Assembly (NCBI GenBank): GCA_905178155.1 | Contig: CAJINV010000004.1 | Location: 3,629,320 to 3,693,319 of the forward strand | Reading direction: 5' to 3' | Origin: Amoebophrya sp. A120 | Taxonomy: Eukaryota > Protista > Dinoflagellata | DNA length: 64,000 nt | In this document: one piece after another, positions 1 through 12,030 of the stretch | How the letters are laid out: each line of letters begins with the position of its first letter | Numbering within the stretch: position 1 is the first letter of the stretch | The notes under the pieces: model-generated | The model's database searches: none | The model's input: the letters and a program-made list of their open reading frames with translations, nothing else | Told to the model about the DNA's origin: nothing | Program-made: the position numbers and the translations under genes

Positions 1-742
1 CATATAGGGCAACCGCCGGGAGCCGTGAAGGTCAGGGAAATGGCCAGAAATGAAGCGGGAGAAGGGAAAAAAAGCGGACCAGATGGGAAAATGGCCAGGA
101 GGTCAAAAATGTCGCAAAAATGGCAGAAACCAAGCGGGAGAAGGTGAAAAAAGAGCATTTTTGCGGTTTGGCCCACTTGATATCTGGAAAAGAGACGGAC
201 TATTTTTTGCTCCGGCCGCTGGCCAGCTGCGTTGGAGAAGCAGGCCCGCGACCTGTTCGGAAGCCTTGGGCCGCTTCGTAAAAAGAAAAAGTTTGAAAAA
301 AATGGCAAAAATTTGCTTCATAACGTGGGTGGAAGCAATCGTCGGATTTTGTCCAGATCACCCGGGCCACTTGGAAAATGGAAAAAGAGAAAAAAATGCG
401 CAAAAGCGCAATCCCTCCGCAGGCTCCAAAATTGCCAGCCAGCTGCGGTCGGTGAAAATGTGCAGGTCGCCCGGGCCACTTGAAAACCAGAAAAAAGAGC
501 GAAAATTAAAAAAAATCAAGAACCCTCGGCAGGCTTAGAAACTGGCCACCAAGGGCGGTCCGGCGGGCGCGCGCTTGCGCCGTACCATCGCGATTGGGAA
601 AAAAAAACCGCACTAGAAGCGGGCGGGGGTATGTCACAAAATCCCCATTTGCCCTGGGTTGTGAGCAGAAAAGCGGCATCTTCTCCGGGTCTGAAATGGC
701 CGACTTTGGTGGCCCAGCCCGGGTTCTTTGGTTTGCGGTTTT

Positions 743-887
743 CCACATACCTTCTTGGCCAGGAGGCCAGTTTGTCATGCAGGGGGCTAGAAAGGATGCC
801 CCGCTGCGAAGGTGGATGGCCACATACCTTCTTGGCCAGGAGGCCAGTTTGTCATGCAGGGGGCTAGAAAGGATGCCCCGCTGCGAA
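743..887 (+). repeat. 68-bp perfect direct repeat, two copies (743-810, 820-887)
   Basis: CCACATACCTTCTTGGCCAGGAGGCCAGTTTGTCATGC...CCGCTGCGAA occurs twice with period 77. Confidence 0.95.
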
Positions 888-895
888 ATAGCAAA

Positions 896-1334
896 CCGGA
901 TTTCGCCTTCAATGCTTATCGCAGGAGCCTGCGGGCCGCCGCGGGCGACGGTAGTTGTCCGCGGCCCTTCTCCTGCGATAAGCTTTGAATGCGAATCCGG
1001 AAGCCTCCGATGACCCGCGATAGATGGCGAGATTTACTTTCAACCTATGCGCACTAAAACTAGCAGCGTCGACTGACATCCCACCCGGCCGCGGCCATGT
1101 TCTGGAAGCGACACATGTGGACCCTAGTCTACGTGTTGATAAGGTGCGTCCGAAGCTGCTCCAGAGTGCGGGCATCAGCGGGCCGCAGTTTGCGGTCGCG
1201 GCCCTAAAGGGCCGCGAGCACAACTGCGGCCCGCGACCCAAGAAGAAGAAGTGGGATTCTAATTAAAAGAAATGGTGGTGGCAGCCGCGCGGCGAAAGCG
1301 CGGCCCGCAGGGCCGCGCTTTCGCCGCGCGGCTG
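896..1334. repeat. Three long GC-rich inverted repeats (hairpins at 896-1000, 1178-1234, 1282-1334)
   Basis: 1282-1334 is a perfect 25-bp stem with a GCA loop. 914-983 has a perfect 14-bp stem GCTTATCGCAGGAG, extended imperfectly to 896-1000. 1178-1234 has 13-bp and 10-bp stems. Confidence 0.9.
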
Positions 1335-1495
1335 GTTTGGCTTTCGCGCTGGTTAGATTTTCGCGCACGCATTTGGTTACCAATATCGCCCTCCGGGCGC
1401 GATCTTCATACAACACAACTTAGATGCGTCTTTCTCATCCGCAGTGAAGCAGCACAAGTTTTCCGACCCAGAAGTAGTCATATTTGCAATGCATA

Positions 1496-4400
1496 CGCAC
1501 TACGACATGGCGAAGGATTTGCAGGCAATGAAGGCCTCGCTCGGGGACTTTTCTTTAAGTAAGTAGCTCGGCTCATCATTGGTTTTAACGTCTTTCCCAT
1601 GCTGCTGGCTAGTGTTATTGGTAGTCCCGCTGTGAACCAACAACAAAGAACGCAGATTTCAAAAACCACTACTTACATGCAGAAAGAAACAGGATGCACA
1701 TGGTACCAGTAGGCCACAAAGCTCTCAGGTATGAAAGACACTAACAGTAGTTATTGTTGAATGGCACAACTATAAAGAAGTTGTATAAAAAACATCACCA
1801 CTACATCTACACGCGACAGGTGAAAAAAACTACGAAGAGCTTCGAACACGGAAGGAGGAGGCGCTGAGTCTCCGCGAGTACGTGTTGTTTCGCGTGTACG
1901 AGGGGAAAAAGTCGATGCAGCAGCGGTTGAGGCTGCTGGAGCAGGAGAAGGAGACTGCGGTCTCCGAGGGAATGCAGCTGCAATTGCGTCTGGAGCGAGC
2001 GGTATCGATGAAGATTCCATGAATAGATTTTGTGTCCACCTCGTGGACAAACCGAACCAAATTCACAGAGAAGATGTTGACATTCCTTTTCGAAAATACC
2101 GTACACCTACAGGAAGCCGCCGTGAAGCGGCTGGAGTATCAAGTGCAATCGTGTCTGGGTCTGGAAGAAAGCTGATCTTGAAGGTCCTTATTTCTATGAT
2201 CGAAAGTCAGCATGACAAAGTCTACTTTTTCGAGACCCAGATCGATAAATTTGCACTCGATATGAAGCAGGCCAAGACAAATTCCTCGTCCGACTACGAG
2301 CGGCTGCAAGCGTACTGAAAGAAAAAAGTGTGTTTTAGTCAGTGTATGTCTCTGCTCATGTCGGAGATGCAAGACAGCTTACACTAAGCATGCATCTCGT
2401 TGTGCATGATTGTAGGGATAGGGTACTACACTAAAGGCACATTTTTTCTTTGATAAAGCGGAGTCCCGGGCGCAGATCGCGAGGTTGACGGACGAATTGA
2501 ACGAGCTGCAGCGGACCCGGGACAGCGTGGACGCGCGGGGCCGAGACTTGCAGAAGATGGAGCAAACCAACTGGCGGCTGGAGGACGAAAATAGGCAGTT
2601 GAAAGAGAACGCCAGAAGGAGCGAGGAGAGAGAAACGAACTTGAAGACCGACAATGTGAAGCTGCTGGACATCCGACACGACCTGGATCTGAAGTGCACG
2701 ATGTTTTCGCAGCAGGAACTTACCTACCAGAAACAAATTACGAGTCTGGAGACCACGAACGAGCAGCTGCGCAACACAACCGAAGAATTGGAACGAAAGG
2801 TCACGAGTTTGCAGGAGAAAAAGCGGCTCTTAGTGCAGCAAGTGGAAGCGACGGCAAGTAAAGACACCTTCGACTTGCAGGAGCGCATCGACGCCGAGGT
2901 GAACCGGCTGCGCCAGCTATCATATGCAAAAACGTCCCCACCCCATAGTCAAGTTGAGAACGTAGCAACACAAATGCAGAAGTCTTGGGAGCCACGCATG
3001 ACAAGTTGCGGTCCGTAGTGTAGTCCATATTAGCAAGGGCAGCCGCATAACAAATCTATCTGCCTATCTTGTTTGCAGCATTACAAATGCCAAAACACGA
3101 TTGGACGCGCCTCCCTTGGGGACGCGCATTACAAATGTTCCTGCAATTGCAAATCTGCATGACAACTATGGGGCGGGGACGTTTTTACAAATAATACCAG
3201 CAGATGGACGCGGACACGGGGAAGATAAAGCAAAACCTCATGGAGTATTCCGAGTAAAAACGTCCCCACCCGCCCATGGGAGTTTGTCATGCTAGAATCA
3301 CGATGATCTGATCAACTTGTGATGCGGCTTTAGTACACCAGCTGTACTTACACGATAATTACACTGTAACCCAAAACTTGTCATGCGTAGCAGCCAAATC
3401 GCATCGATTTGTGTAGCGAAATGCCCATGTTGCCTCCGGGTAGTTGGGGACGCTTTTACACACGATATGGAGCTCCACGCGAAGGAGTGCGCGATCCTGA
3501 AGGAGAGGCTGGAGTACATCGGTGGCGAGAAGGAGAAGCTGTCCGAGAAGTTATCGTGTGGAAAAAAAACTGATTTAGTACCCATATTTAGTGCTACTAC
3601 TACTTACGTAATACTTACGCCATGTCAGTCAACATGGTAATTTTGCAGCACAAAGCAAGACCTTTTGGCTGTTGCGCATGACTACAAATTTGGACTCGCA
3701 GCGTCAAGATCGTGATGAGCTAGTTCTGCTGCTGCTGCTCTCATTGTGAATCGAATATTTATATGCTTCTCAATCTCATGGCGTCCCAGCACGCGCAGCG
3801 CCTATCACTTCGAGTGACAGCACTAGCATGCTTGAAAGCCGGGAGACTGACACCCCGGGCATGCAGATTTGTCTGGCACGGGTAAAAATATCATGTGGCG
3901 TTTGCGCACGATAGAAGCTGATCCAAGAGGAACACGTGAAGGAGCAGCTGCAAGTGGCTTTGGCGAACACCCGGCAGCAGCTGTCTACGGAAATCGCGGA
4001 GCTGAAGGGGGTGATATGCATCGCAAATATGTCTGGGTCGGGAAAGACTGGGAATTGTGATGCTAGCTGTCGATCACACAAAAATCTGTATTGCATGAGA
4101 GGCAAAACAAAGGCACTCAGTTGCCACTCAAAGAGGGCATTTCTCATGCAGAATTAGGCACGAGCAAACCTTTGCAAAAGCTCAAAGCTGTGATGCTAGC
4201 GAATGCATCAGAGGCATCGGAGGCCATCATGTACAACTTGCATGACAAACTCCCCAATAAATCTTCGAGACCCAGTAGACATATTTGCATTTGATAGGTG
4301 AGCCGGCTGCGCAACTTCGAGGTGGAGAAGTACTCGCTGAGTTACGAGGAGACCCTATCCTGAGGAAAAACGTCCCCACACCAGAGTCAAGATGAGAACT

Positions 4401-5939
4401 CTGCAACACAAATCCAGAAATCTTGGGATTTACGCATGACAGGTTTGGGCTCCCAATGTAGTCGAGTTTGGATAGCGCAGTGGCATCACAGATCGATCAT
4501 CTTATCCTGATTAGAGCATCACAAGTTCTTCCCGAATAGCATTAGAAGAAAATGATCGCCCTCATGGGCATGCGCAGGAGAAACATTTTAGGTATGCAGT
4601 TTTGCATTACAACTCTGGGGGTGGGGACGACGTTTTTGCAGACGATAAACCCTGCAGTCCCTGACGAAGGCGTCCGAGGAAAACGGAATTTTGCGGGAGA
4701 AAGTGGACCTACTGAAAAAGGAATACTACGAGCTGGAAAACCGGTTGCAGAAGCAGTTCGCCGCGACGGAAGCAGAGAACGTGTCGCTGAAGGAGCAGCT
4801 GAAGTGCTACACCGACATGGAGCGGGAGCTCTCCGGGGCGCTGCGGGATATCAGCAGCCACCGATCGGACCAGAATCCGGTTCCGAGTTCCGTGGAGGAC
4901 GCGCTCATCCTGGGCACCACGCTGGCCGGCGCCCCCAGCCAGGCACGCAAGCGGATCCAGGAGTCGCTCGTGCTGGCGCAGCAGCTGCAGCGCAAGGGGA
5001 AGGAGGTGGCGGAGTTGAAGGGGCTGCTCGCGGCGGAAAAGGACCGGGTGCACCAGCTCGAGAAGGCGCGCACCTTATTACAATGAAAAATGCCCCCACC
5101 CCCAAAGTTGCAATAATTTGTGATGCGAAGTTTCCAAATGAAAACTTTTTGTCATGCATGAAAGGAGTACGAATCAACCTCTCTGATGCAGAGCCTAGGC
5201 GTATATCGCATCGCTTGCATGACAAGCGCCGCTTTTGCTGGGGTCTTTTGCAATACAAATTCTTGCTATTCACGATCGGACATCTGTGATGCTGGTAGAT
5301 GCAAGAGGGCGAATGTTTCATTTGGAAAGGTTTGCAATACAGATGCTCTCAAGATGGGTGGTGGTGCCATTTTTCATTGTGATACACCTTGGCGGAGCAG
5401 GCCGCGGAGTGGCGAGACGAACCGAGGCAGTACTTGGTGCAAACGCTGCGGGACAAGGAGGCGGAAGTCATAGACTTGAAGCGGTCGCAGGACGTCTTGG
5501 AACGGGAATACGAAAATTTGAAAACCAAGCACTTGGACCTGCAGGAGAGGAGTACTGTTTAGTTTTTCCATATTGTTGTTCGGAGCGTCGTACTTATTGG
5601 CTTTGAAAAGGGTAGTTCTACAACAACTCGTTGTTTATCGTTTCGATTTTCACGACCTACGATTTTCAGTTGTGTTTTACAGGCCGACACTATCGCACAA
5701 AATGATCGCAAATTCATAAAACTTTCCTTCCACAAGGTGCTGAACTCGAGACGGATTTGAAATCCATCCTCACCCAGCGCGAGCAGCTGGAGTACCTGAA
5801 GGCAGCTACCCCGGACTTCACCGGCACCAGGGGTGCTAACAAACTCGGCTCCACGACTCTGAGCCACAACGCGACGCTACCGCCGCGGCTCGCTTGGATT
5901 GACTCTCTGCGAAATCGCGCGGACAGTGCGGGGCATTAG
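1496..5939 (+). CDS. PIBF1: PIBF1/CEP90-like centrosomal coiled-coil protein, 5'-truncated by the window edge, multi-exon
   Basis: Spliced reading gives LGDFSLSEKNYEELRTRKEEALSLREYVLFRVYE ... EKVDLLKKEYYELE ... EQLKCYTDMERELSGAL ... ARKRIQESLVLAQQL ... QYLVQTLRDKE ... DLKSILTQREQLEYLK, colinear with PIBF1 motifs as I recall them. Canonical introns 1559-1819, 2002-2112, 5552-5736 plus 8 complete introners. Stop TAG at 5937-5939. Confidence 0.8.
2137..2262. mobile_element. Introner, family A (TIR TATCAA(A/G)TGCAA..TCTGGGTCTGGAA), short copy
   Basis: TIRs at both ends; DR TGGAG/TGAAG; removal gives VKRL(E/K)QAKTN. Confidence 0.85.
2313..2455. mobile_element. Introner, diverged (TIR TACTGAAAGAAAAAAGTGTG / CACATTTTTTCTTTGATA)
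   Basis: DR AAGCG on both sides; removal gives LQAESRAQIARL. Confidence 0.8.
2918..3196. mobile_element. Introner, family B (TIR with AAAAACGTCCCCACCCC)
   Basis: DR CCAGC; removal gives RLRQQMDADTG. Confidence 0.9.
3246..3467. mobile_element. Introner, family B
   Basis: DR TGGAG; removal gives NLMELHAKEC. Confidence 0.9.
3552..3913. mobile_element. Introner, diverged family-B-like (TATCGTGTGGAAA / TTTGCGCACGATA)
   Basis: DR GAAGT/GAAGC; removal gives LSEKLIQEEH. Confidence 0.85.
4015..4296. mobile_element. Introner, family A; can be read as GT-AG intron 4011-4297
   Basis: DR GGTGA; removal gives ELKGVSRLRNF. Confidence 0.9.
4356..4647. mobile_element. Introner, family B
   Basis: DR GACCC/AACCC; removal gives YEETLQSLTK. 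Confidence 0.9.
5076..5384. mobile_element. Introner, family C (TIR TATTACAATGAAAAATGCCCCCACCCC)
   Basis: DR CACCT; close reverse complement of 29172-29477; removal gives KARTLAEQAAE. Confidence 0.93.
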
Positions 5940-7882
5940 GAGGCCTCATCGTGTTGTTTCACGAGATGAGACAAGAGCTTCGAATCATGGGATCAGTCCG
6001 TCCGTGCGGACGGATGGGCTTTTTGACTTCGGGCCGCAAGTTGCTACTGTTCCAAACCAGAAGCATATTGAAAGCAAGAGGAAGAAATTAGAACCTAGCA
6101 CTATCGTAGTTCCAGTAAAAATAATTCCAAACAGAATCACCAAGCTCGCGGCACGGTGTGCGGTTAAAAGAAGATAAATGCAAAATGGGCCCCGTTGACG
6201 TTCTCGCATGTGACGTCTTCAGTGGGCCCGGGAAGTCGCAGAAATAGTCTCCCTTGCAGGGGGCTGCAGCGCTATTTCAAGTATGAACGTCGCGCAAAGT
6301 AATGAACCGGATTGATGTTGTATGCCTGATGGTTTTTTTCAAATGAACCGAGCTACTTTTTTGTCGTTACGCGCAACGACCAAAAAGCACCCAAAGACAA
6401 AGTTTAGAAGCGTTCTCGCACGTATTGGCCAGCGCCTGCAGCTGCCCAACTGACTTGTGACTGCGTGCGGCGCTGTGATCGTATGTTCGTACAACATCTG
6501 TAAGCTGTAATAAATAAACCTGAACTGGCTGCTATTCGTATGATCCTGCTCCCTCGTAGTTGTGGTTCGTTTCCTAGCTATTCGTCTCCCTGGGGAAAAT
6601 AGCTATTCGTCATCGCAAAGCTACGTAGAACATTTCACGATATTCGTATGACGCGTCTCCGGACGCCATCGGGCTTCACACCTGACTACTCCGCCCCGGC
6701 GGATACGTCTATAGGAGTCTGATTTTCCGAAATCTTTTTCCGGCATCGGGCTTGTTGGCTTTGTGTTCTTGCTGGTCCTGTCTCAGGTTCCCGCTAAGAC
6801 TACATCGCCTTCAAGCTGTCTCGGAGGGGACGTCACGATCTCAACCTTCTCCCCTCCTTGCGCTGCAAGTTGGGTCGAGTCGGTTGTGTGCCATCCGTGG
6901 TAGCTTTTTCGTGTGTGATTTATGATAAATCTCCGGAGCCCTCTCGTACAGTTCAGACGTCTCTCTTCGCGCGTATATGTCGATTCGAGACCGACAAGAG
7001 TTTCTCGCCGGGGTGTTCGAACCCGCCGGGCGCAGGGCCTTTGCACGCCCATCTCGCCATTAGATGGCACTGACATTGATCACATGTATGAGCACCGTTC
7101 CTGCGCACGTCGCCACCATCACAGGGTGAGAACTTGTTCCATGCAACCTTTTTTGGATCCTTTTCATAGTCATCTGATGAAAGAGAACTACTGCTGGAAA
7201 ACATGACCTTATCTCGTGCAGAAGACTTCTCAATGTCGGTTTTGCGCGTTGACGTCACACATGAAATAGTGGCAGTCTGAATTCCTGACAAAGATGAAAA
7301 GTGAAGTAGACTTCAGTCGTGCGAAGTGGTATATTATCGGTGAAATTAAAATTGAAGAAACGCTAACAGCAAACGTCCAACTCTGAAAGTAACTCGGTTT
7401 CGTGCAACATCAGATACAAGCTCGTACATATTACTCTGACAGAATCTGTTTCTCGTCGAACACTCGCACTTTTCAGTCGAAGATTATTTGTGATTCGTCT
7501 TCCAAACAATGAATTTATTTCTTCCGCAGCTTTTGCCTACCCCGGTTTTTGTTTTATGTCCCTCATCCACACCCATTCCCAGAAAGTTTCAATCAATAGG
7601 CTCGCATCTCCTGTTCGAGGAGGAGTGCCATAACTTGTGCATGCCACATTTTGATTTTTTTATTTCTACTGGTTTGGCTTTTTCATCTTTGTTACTAGTT
7701 CACGAGAAATCTTCTCTTAATACCCTTAAGTAATTTATTTACCCTTGAGTTGTTCATACTCATCTCTCGGAACAACATCTGCTTTCCAGCGCTTGGCGTT
7801 GGCTTTCCGACCACCTTCAACCTGATCTAGTCCGATCGCAAGGCAATTAATATCAACCACCAAAAGACTCAGATAGGTAGGT

Positions 7883-10418
7883 ATGCCGTACTCGGACTCT
7901 TCCAGCGACGACGAGGCCGCCATGGCCCGGCTGGCGACTTTGGCGCGCATGGCCGAGGAGGACGAGAACGGGCCGCAACAGGAAGAGGCCGTGGAGTCCA
8001 GCGAGGAGGAGGAAGAGGAGGAGGAGCCAGAGGAAATTGACCCGGAGGTGCTGGCCTTCGAGGCTCGTAAGGCGGCCAAGAGCGGGTTCGGAAAAGGGGG
8101 CGAGGACGAGGACTACACGTTGGAGAGAGACGGCGTGGTGCGGTATTGCGAGGAAAAATCCCGCCTCCCCATATCGAAAAGGAAACTTGTGATGCTGGAT
8201 TTGCGTACACAAATCGACTTGCATTGCTAGAATGCCAAGAGACGCAGTTGTGGCCTGAACTGCAGGAAGTTTGTCATGCTGTTTTCCACTTCCAGTTGCC
8301 TCCTCTCATGCTGAAAGTGCAAGGCTTTCCCACGCCAGCCAGCACTACAGTCCGCATCTTTTGCCTTCTAGCATGAAAACGTGACTTGTGGTAGCAAATC
8401 ATGCTACACAAATCTCCGTTTTAGTATGGAGTGGGGGCTTTTTTCACTTTGATGTGCGGCATCTGGCCCGCCCGCATTTGGAATACTGGACCAAGCAGCA
8501 GCGACAGGAGGAGGCGGACGCTGAGGAGCGGTTAAAGTGGATGAAGGCGGAGGAAGAGGTATCGTGTGGAAAAACGTTTCCACCTCATAGACAGGTTGGG
8601 AAATCTGCTAGACAAATCACGAATTTTTGGCTGTTGCGCATGACATCGAATTTGGACTCGTTGCAAGAGTATGTAGTCGTGTATAGTTCGCGTAACGGCA
8701 TCACAGTAGCATATAAACATGCTGATTTCAGGATCACACATCTCGTCCCAACGCCACAACTCGAAAATGGTTCTCATGGTCCTCCCCATGAGAAACATTT
8801 TACATGCAGATTTGCATATACAGCTCTGGGGTGGACACATTTTTACACTGGGATAACACGCAATGGAGCGCGGGGACGCGGACGTGATCGCGAAGGTCCG
8901 GGCAAGGGAGCGGAAGCTGATGCTGGAGAACGCGAAGAACACGATGGCGCGGCGCGCCGCGGAGCGGACGAAGCTAGGGCAGCAGCTGGGCATGGAAATC
9001 GTGACGGAACGACAACGGAAACGGCGTGCGGACCTGCGGAAGGAGCAGCGGCACGCGCAGGCGAAGCGGGACACCTTCGTGAAACAGGTGAAGACCGGAC
9101 TGTACGAGTTTTTCTTCGGGTGGACGCGGGTGATTACCGAGCCCACGGAGAAAACCCGGCACGCGGCGCAGTCCACCTGGGAAAATTTGCCGAACTACTA
9201 CGCCGTGCAGGTCGAGATGGGGTTGATCGATGAAAAAGAGAAAATGCAGATCGAGCACGACATCGAGGTGGAGCAGAACGTGTTGCAACGGGTGAAATTA
9301 AACGAGGACAAGTCGGACAAGCTGCACCACAAGATCCTGCCCTTCACCGCACCCGTGGTGTCCTCCGATAACACCTACGAACCGAACAACCGGTTGGTGA
9401 ACCTGAAAGCGCAGCACTTCACGGCCGAGCCGCCCAAGTTGTCGCTGCCGCAGTGGCCGAAGCACACGCGGTATCAAATGCAAATATGTCTGGGTCTGGA
9501 AGGATGCAACTTGTGATGCTACCTTTTAACTCTACATAAAATCTGTATTGCATGAACAGCAAAAGAGGTGTAATTTGTGCTACGCGGAGAGGGCATTTCT
9601 CATGCGGAATGAGCATCAGAAAACCCTCGCAAAATCTCTGATGCTAGGGCATGCATCACAGACCTCATGGGTCATGCAAAATCTGCATGACAAACTCCTG
9701 CATTCTTCCGGACCCAGACATTTTTGCAATCCATACGCGCATGGTGAAGACCCCGGAATTAGCGAAGCAGACGGAGGAGATCCGGTTTTTCAAAAAGTAC
9801 GAGGAAAGAAACAAGTATTTATCCAAAGTCGACGTCGCGCAAGTGCCGCCCTACTTGCCGGAAAGCTCGAAGATTTTGTATAGCAACGCGCCGACGACGT
9901 ATACCACGTTTCTGGTGAACCCCGCCGACGACGCGTACCACAAGGAAGCGTGGATCCGCCGCGTGTCTCGGAAGCACGAGGGTTTTTTCTACTGGGTAAA
10001 CACCGTAACGGGCGAAACGAAGTGGGACGACGGAAAGTTTCCGCTGAAGGACGACAAGTACTTCGAGGCCACACCGTGGCAGGAATACGGGAAAAAGGAG
10101 AAGCAGAAGAAGCAGGACAAGATTGACGCGGAGAACCGGCGAATCCGCCTGGAAAAAGAGGCGGAAGAGGAGCGGCTACGCGTCATTGAAACGGAACGGA
10201 TCTTGGCCGAGTCCCGCGCGGAGATGGAGGAGAAGGCACCGAAATCATCGGAAAGTTCCAGACCACGGAGCAGGAATAGGAAGAAGAAAAAAGGGGCAAA
10301 GAACAATTCATCTTCCGAGGATGACAGCGACGATAATGATGTCTCGGGGGGAAAACAAGTGGTGACCATGAATAGGGGGCGGCCGGGCAACGACGACAGT
10401 GAAGATGAGAGTGATTGA
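7883..10418 (+). CDS. Coiled-coil protein with a C-terminal WW domain, 3 introners
   Basis: Exons join in frame after introner removal. WW signature AWIRRVSRKHEGFFYWVNTVTGETKWDD near 9950-10030. Start codon uncertain. Confidence 0.75.
8144..8454. mobile_element. Introner, family-C-like (reverse-orientation relative of 43488-43801)
   Basis: DR TGCGG; removal gives DGVVRHLARPHLE. Confidence 0.88.
8560..8855. mobile_element. Introner, family B, diverged
   Basis: TATCGTGTGGAAAAACGTTTCCACC / GGTGGACACATTTTTACACTGGGATA; DR AGAGG/ACACG (degenerate); frame restored to EE(E/H)AMERG. Confidence 0.8.
9472..9735. mobile_element. Introner, family A
   Basis: DR CGCGG/CGCGC; removal gives KHTRMVKTPE. Confidence 0.93.
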
Positions 10419-11252
10419 GCAGAAGTCTTCACTTTATAGATAGAGGCTACTTGCTTAGGATGTCGGTGTTCGCAAACTACACGATTCATTGTTGTGTCTG
10501 TTTTCTCGAATGATTGGAGTCGTTTGACTATGTCGAGCCAACATCTTCACAACTACACGATGCGCACTAATGCTCTTGGGAAAAATAAAAAAGTCAATTG
10601 GAATTGGATGCGGAATTGGTGCATCTTCATCGCAAATATTTTTGAGGTGGTTCATTGTTCTGGCACAATATGCCGCCCGGCGGCTCAAGGGTTGGACCGG
10701 ACTGCGCGCACGACGGGAAAGCACACATAAAAGCGGGACCACGATCGGGAAGAGAGAGCAAAGAAAATTTCAAAGAGTGTGCAGAGGACTGCTGCTAACC
10801 GAGTGGAAAACCTGTAAGATCTCTGTAGTCAACTTGTGTCCTCTCCAATCGTAGTTGCTTCTTCTCACGGGGCTGCTTCCCTATCTTGGCTCACGTCGTA
10901 CACGTAGTTCATTAGGAGATCGGTCGCTGCTATAGCGTGAGCGAGAAGAAAAGGTTGCCGAAGAAAGGAGCAGGGGTAAAAGGTGGTACGGAATAAAGTC
11001 AACGAAAGTATTAAAAAAAATCCACACAATATTAAGAAGTCAAATCTTACGGCGCGCGCCGCTGGCGACACAGAAAAATAGAGGCGTCACCGCCCCAGCC
11101 CCGTGCGCCGTCAACGAACCCTGCGGAAGGAGCATTTTTGAATAATTCACTGGCACCACGCACGGCAACGAGGTTGTCACGCAGTGTTTTCCTTCAGCTT
11201 CACCAGTGTTTTTTGGATCGCTTTGATGGTCATCGGAACGAAGAAGGAGAAG

Positions 11253-12030
11253 ATGATAAACCACACGACCGTGTCCTCCTCCACCTTCATTTTGACATGC
11301 CTCCTCGCAGTCCTAACAATTGTTTCTCCGGCCAGTGCTATGTTGGCGACCAGCGGTCTGCAGGGGCAGCAGAAGTTCCATACTTCTGGGCCTTTTTCCA
11401 CGAGAAGTCATGGTGGTAACAGTGCCTTAATGCAACACTTCCAGCACCGAAGGGAGGTGGCGGAACTGTGGGGATTGCCGAAACTCGTGTGGGTCATCTA
11501 TGGCGTTCTCAACTGTTACATTCTCAACTGTTGCATGAATTTGTGATGCAAGAATGGCAAAACTGAAAGGGGGAAGATTGCGCCTTTTGCATGACAGATT
11601 TGGCGTAGATTATCAGCCTCTTTGGCCCTTCGGGAATTTGTCATGCGAAGCAGCTTAATCATGTCGATTGCGATTCTGATTGGAACTTTGCATGACAAAT
11701 CATGTAACAGTTCAGAATGTAACGTTTGAGAACGCCAGATCATCCTAGCGGACGTCGTCGCCATGATCTTGTTCATTGTCGCCATACCGGTCGTGCTGAA
11801 TTGCGTATTAATTCTGTGTACTTAGAGTTTTGTCTGTCCGGTATAATTCAGATCTTAGTTGTAGAAAACAAAATATAAAGATGTAGACCCAAAGTCAAAT
11901 AAACTTGTAGGTCTAAGTACTGCCATTGCCTTGTGTGCATTTTGAGCATCGTGACACAGATGTTAAGTTTACCGAACGCATATTTATACAACTACATCAG
12001 GCAAAACGGCGGCGGCCGCTGTTTCGATGA
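11253..12030 (+). CDS. Small protein with signal peptide and one C-terminal transmembrane helix
   Basis: MINHTTVSSSTFILTCLLAVLTIVSPASA... LWGLPKLVWVI|LADVVAMILFIVAIPVVLNC|AKRRRPLFR*, using introner 11499-11739 and GT-AG intron 11805-12000. Confidence 0.7.
11499..11739. mobile_element. Introner, distinct family with ~50-bp TIR (TATGGCGTTCTCAACTGTTACATTCTCAACTGTTGCATG)
   Basis: Long inverted repeat; DR TCATC; frame restored. Confidence 0.88.

Larger units (their letters stand above)
1..1495. mobile_element. Right part of an oversized family-A introner carrying a GC-rich hairpin cargo
   Basis: Right TIR TTCCGACCCAGA..CATATTTGCAATGCATA ends at 1495, directly before a PIBF1 exon. No matching left TIR or PIBF1 exon in 1-1400. 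Confidence 0.6.
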
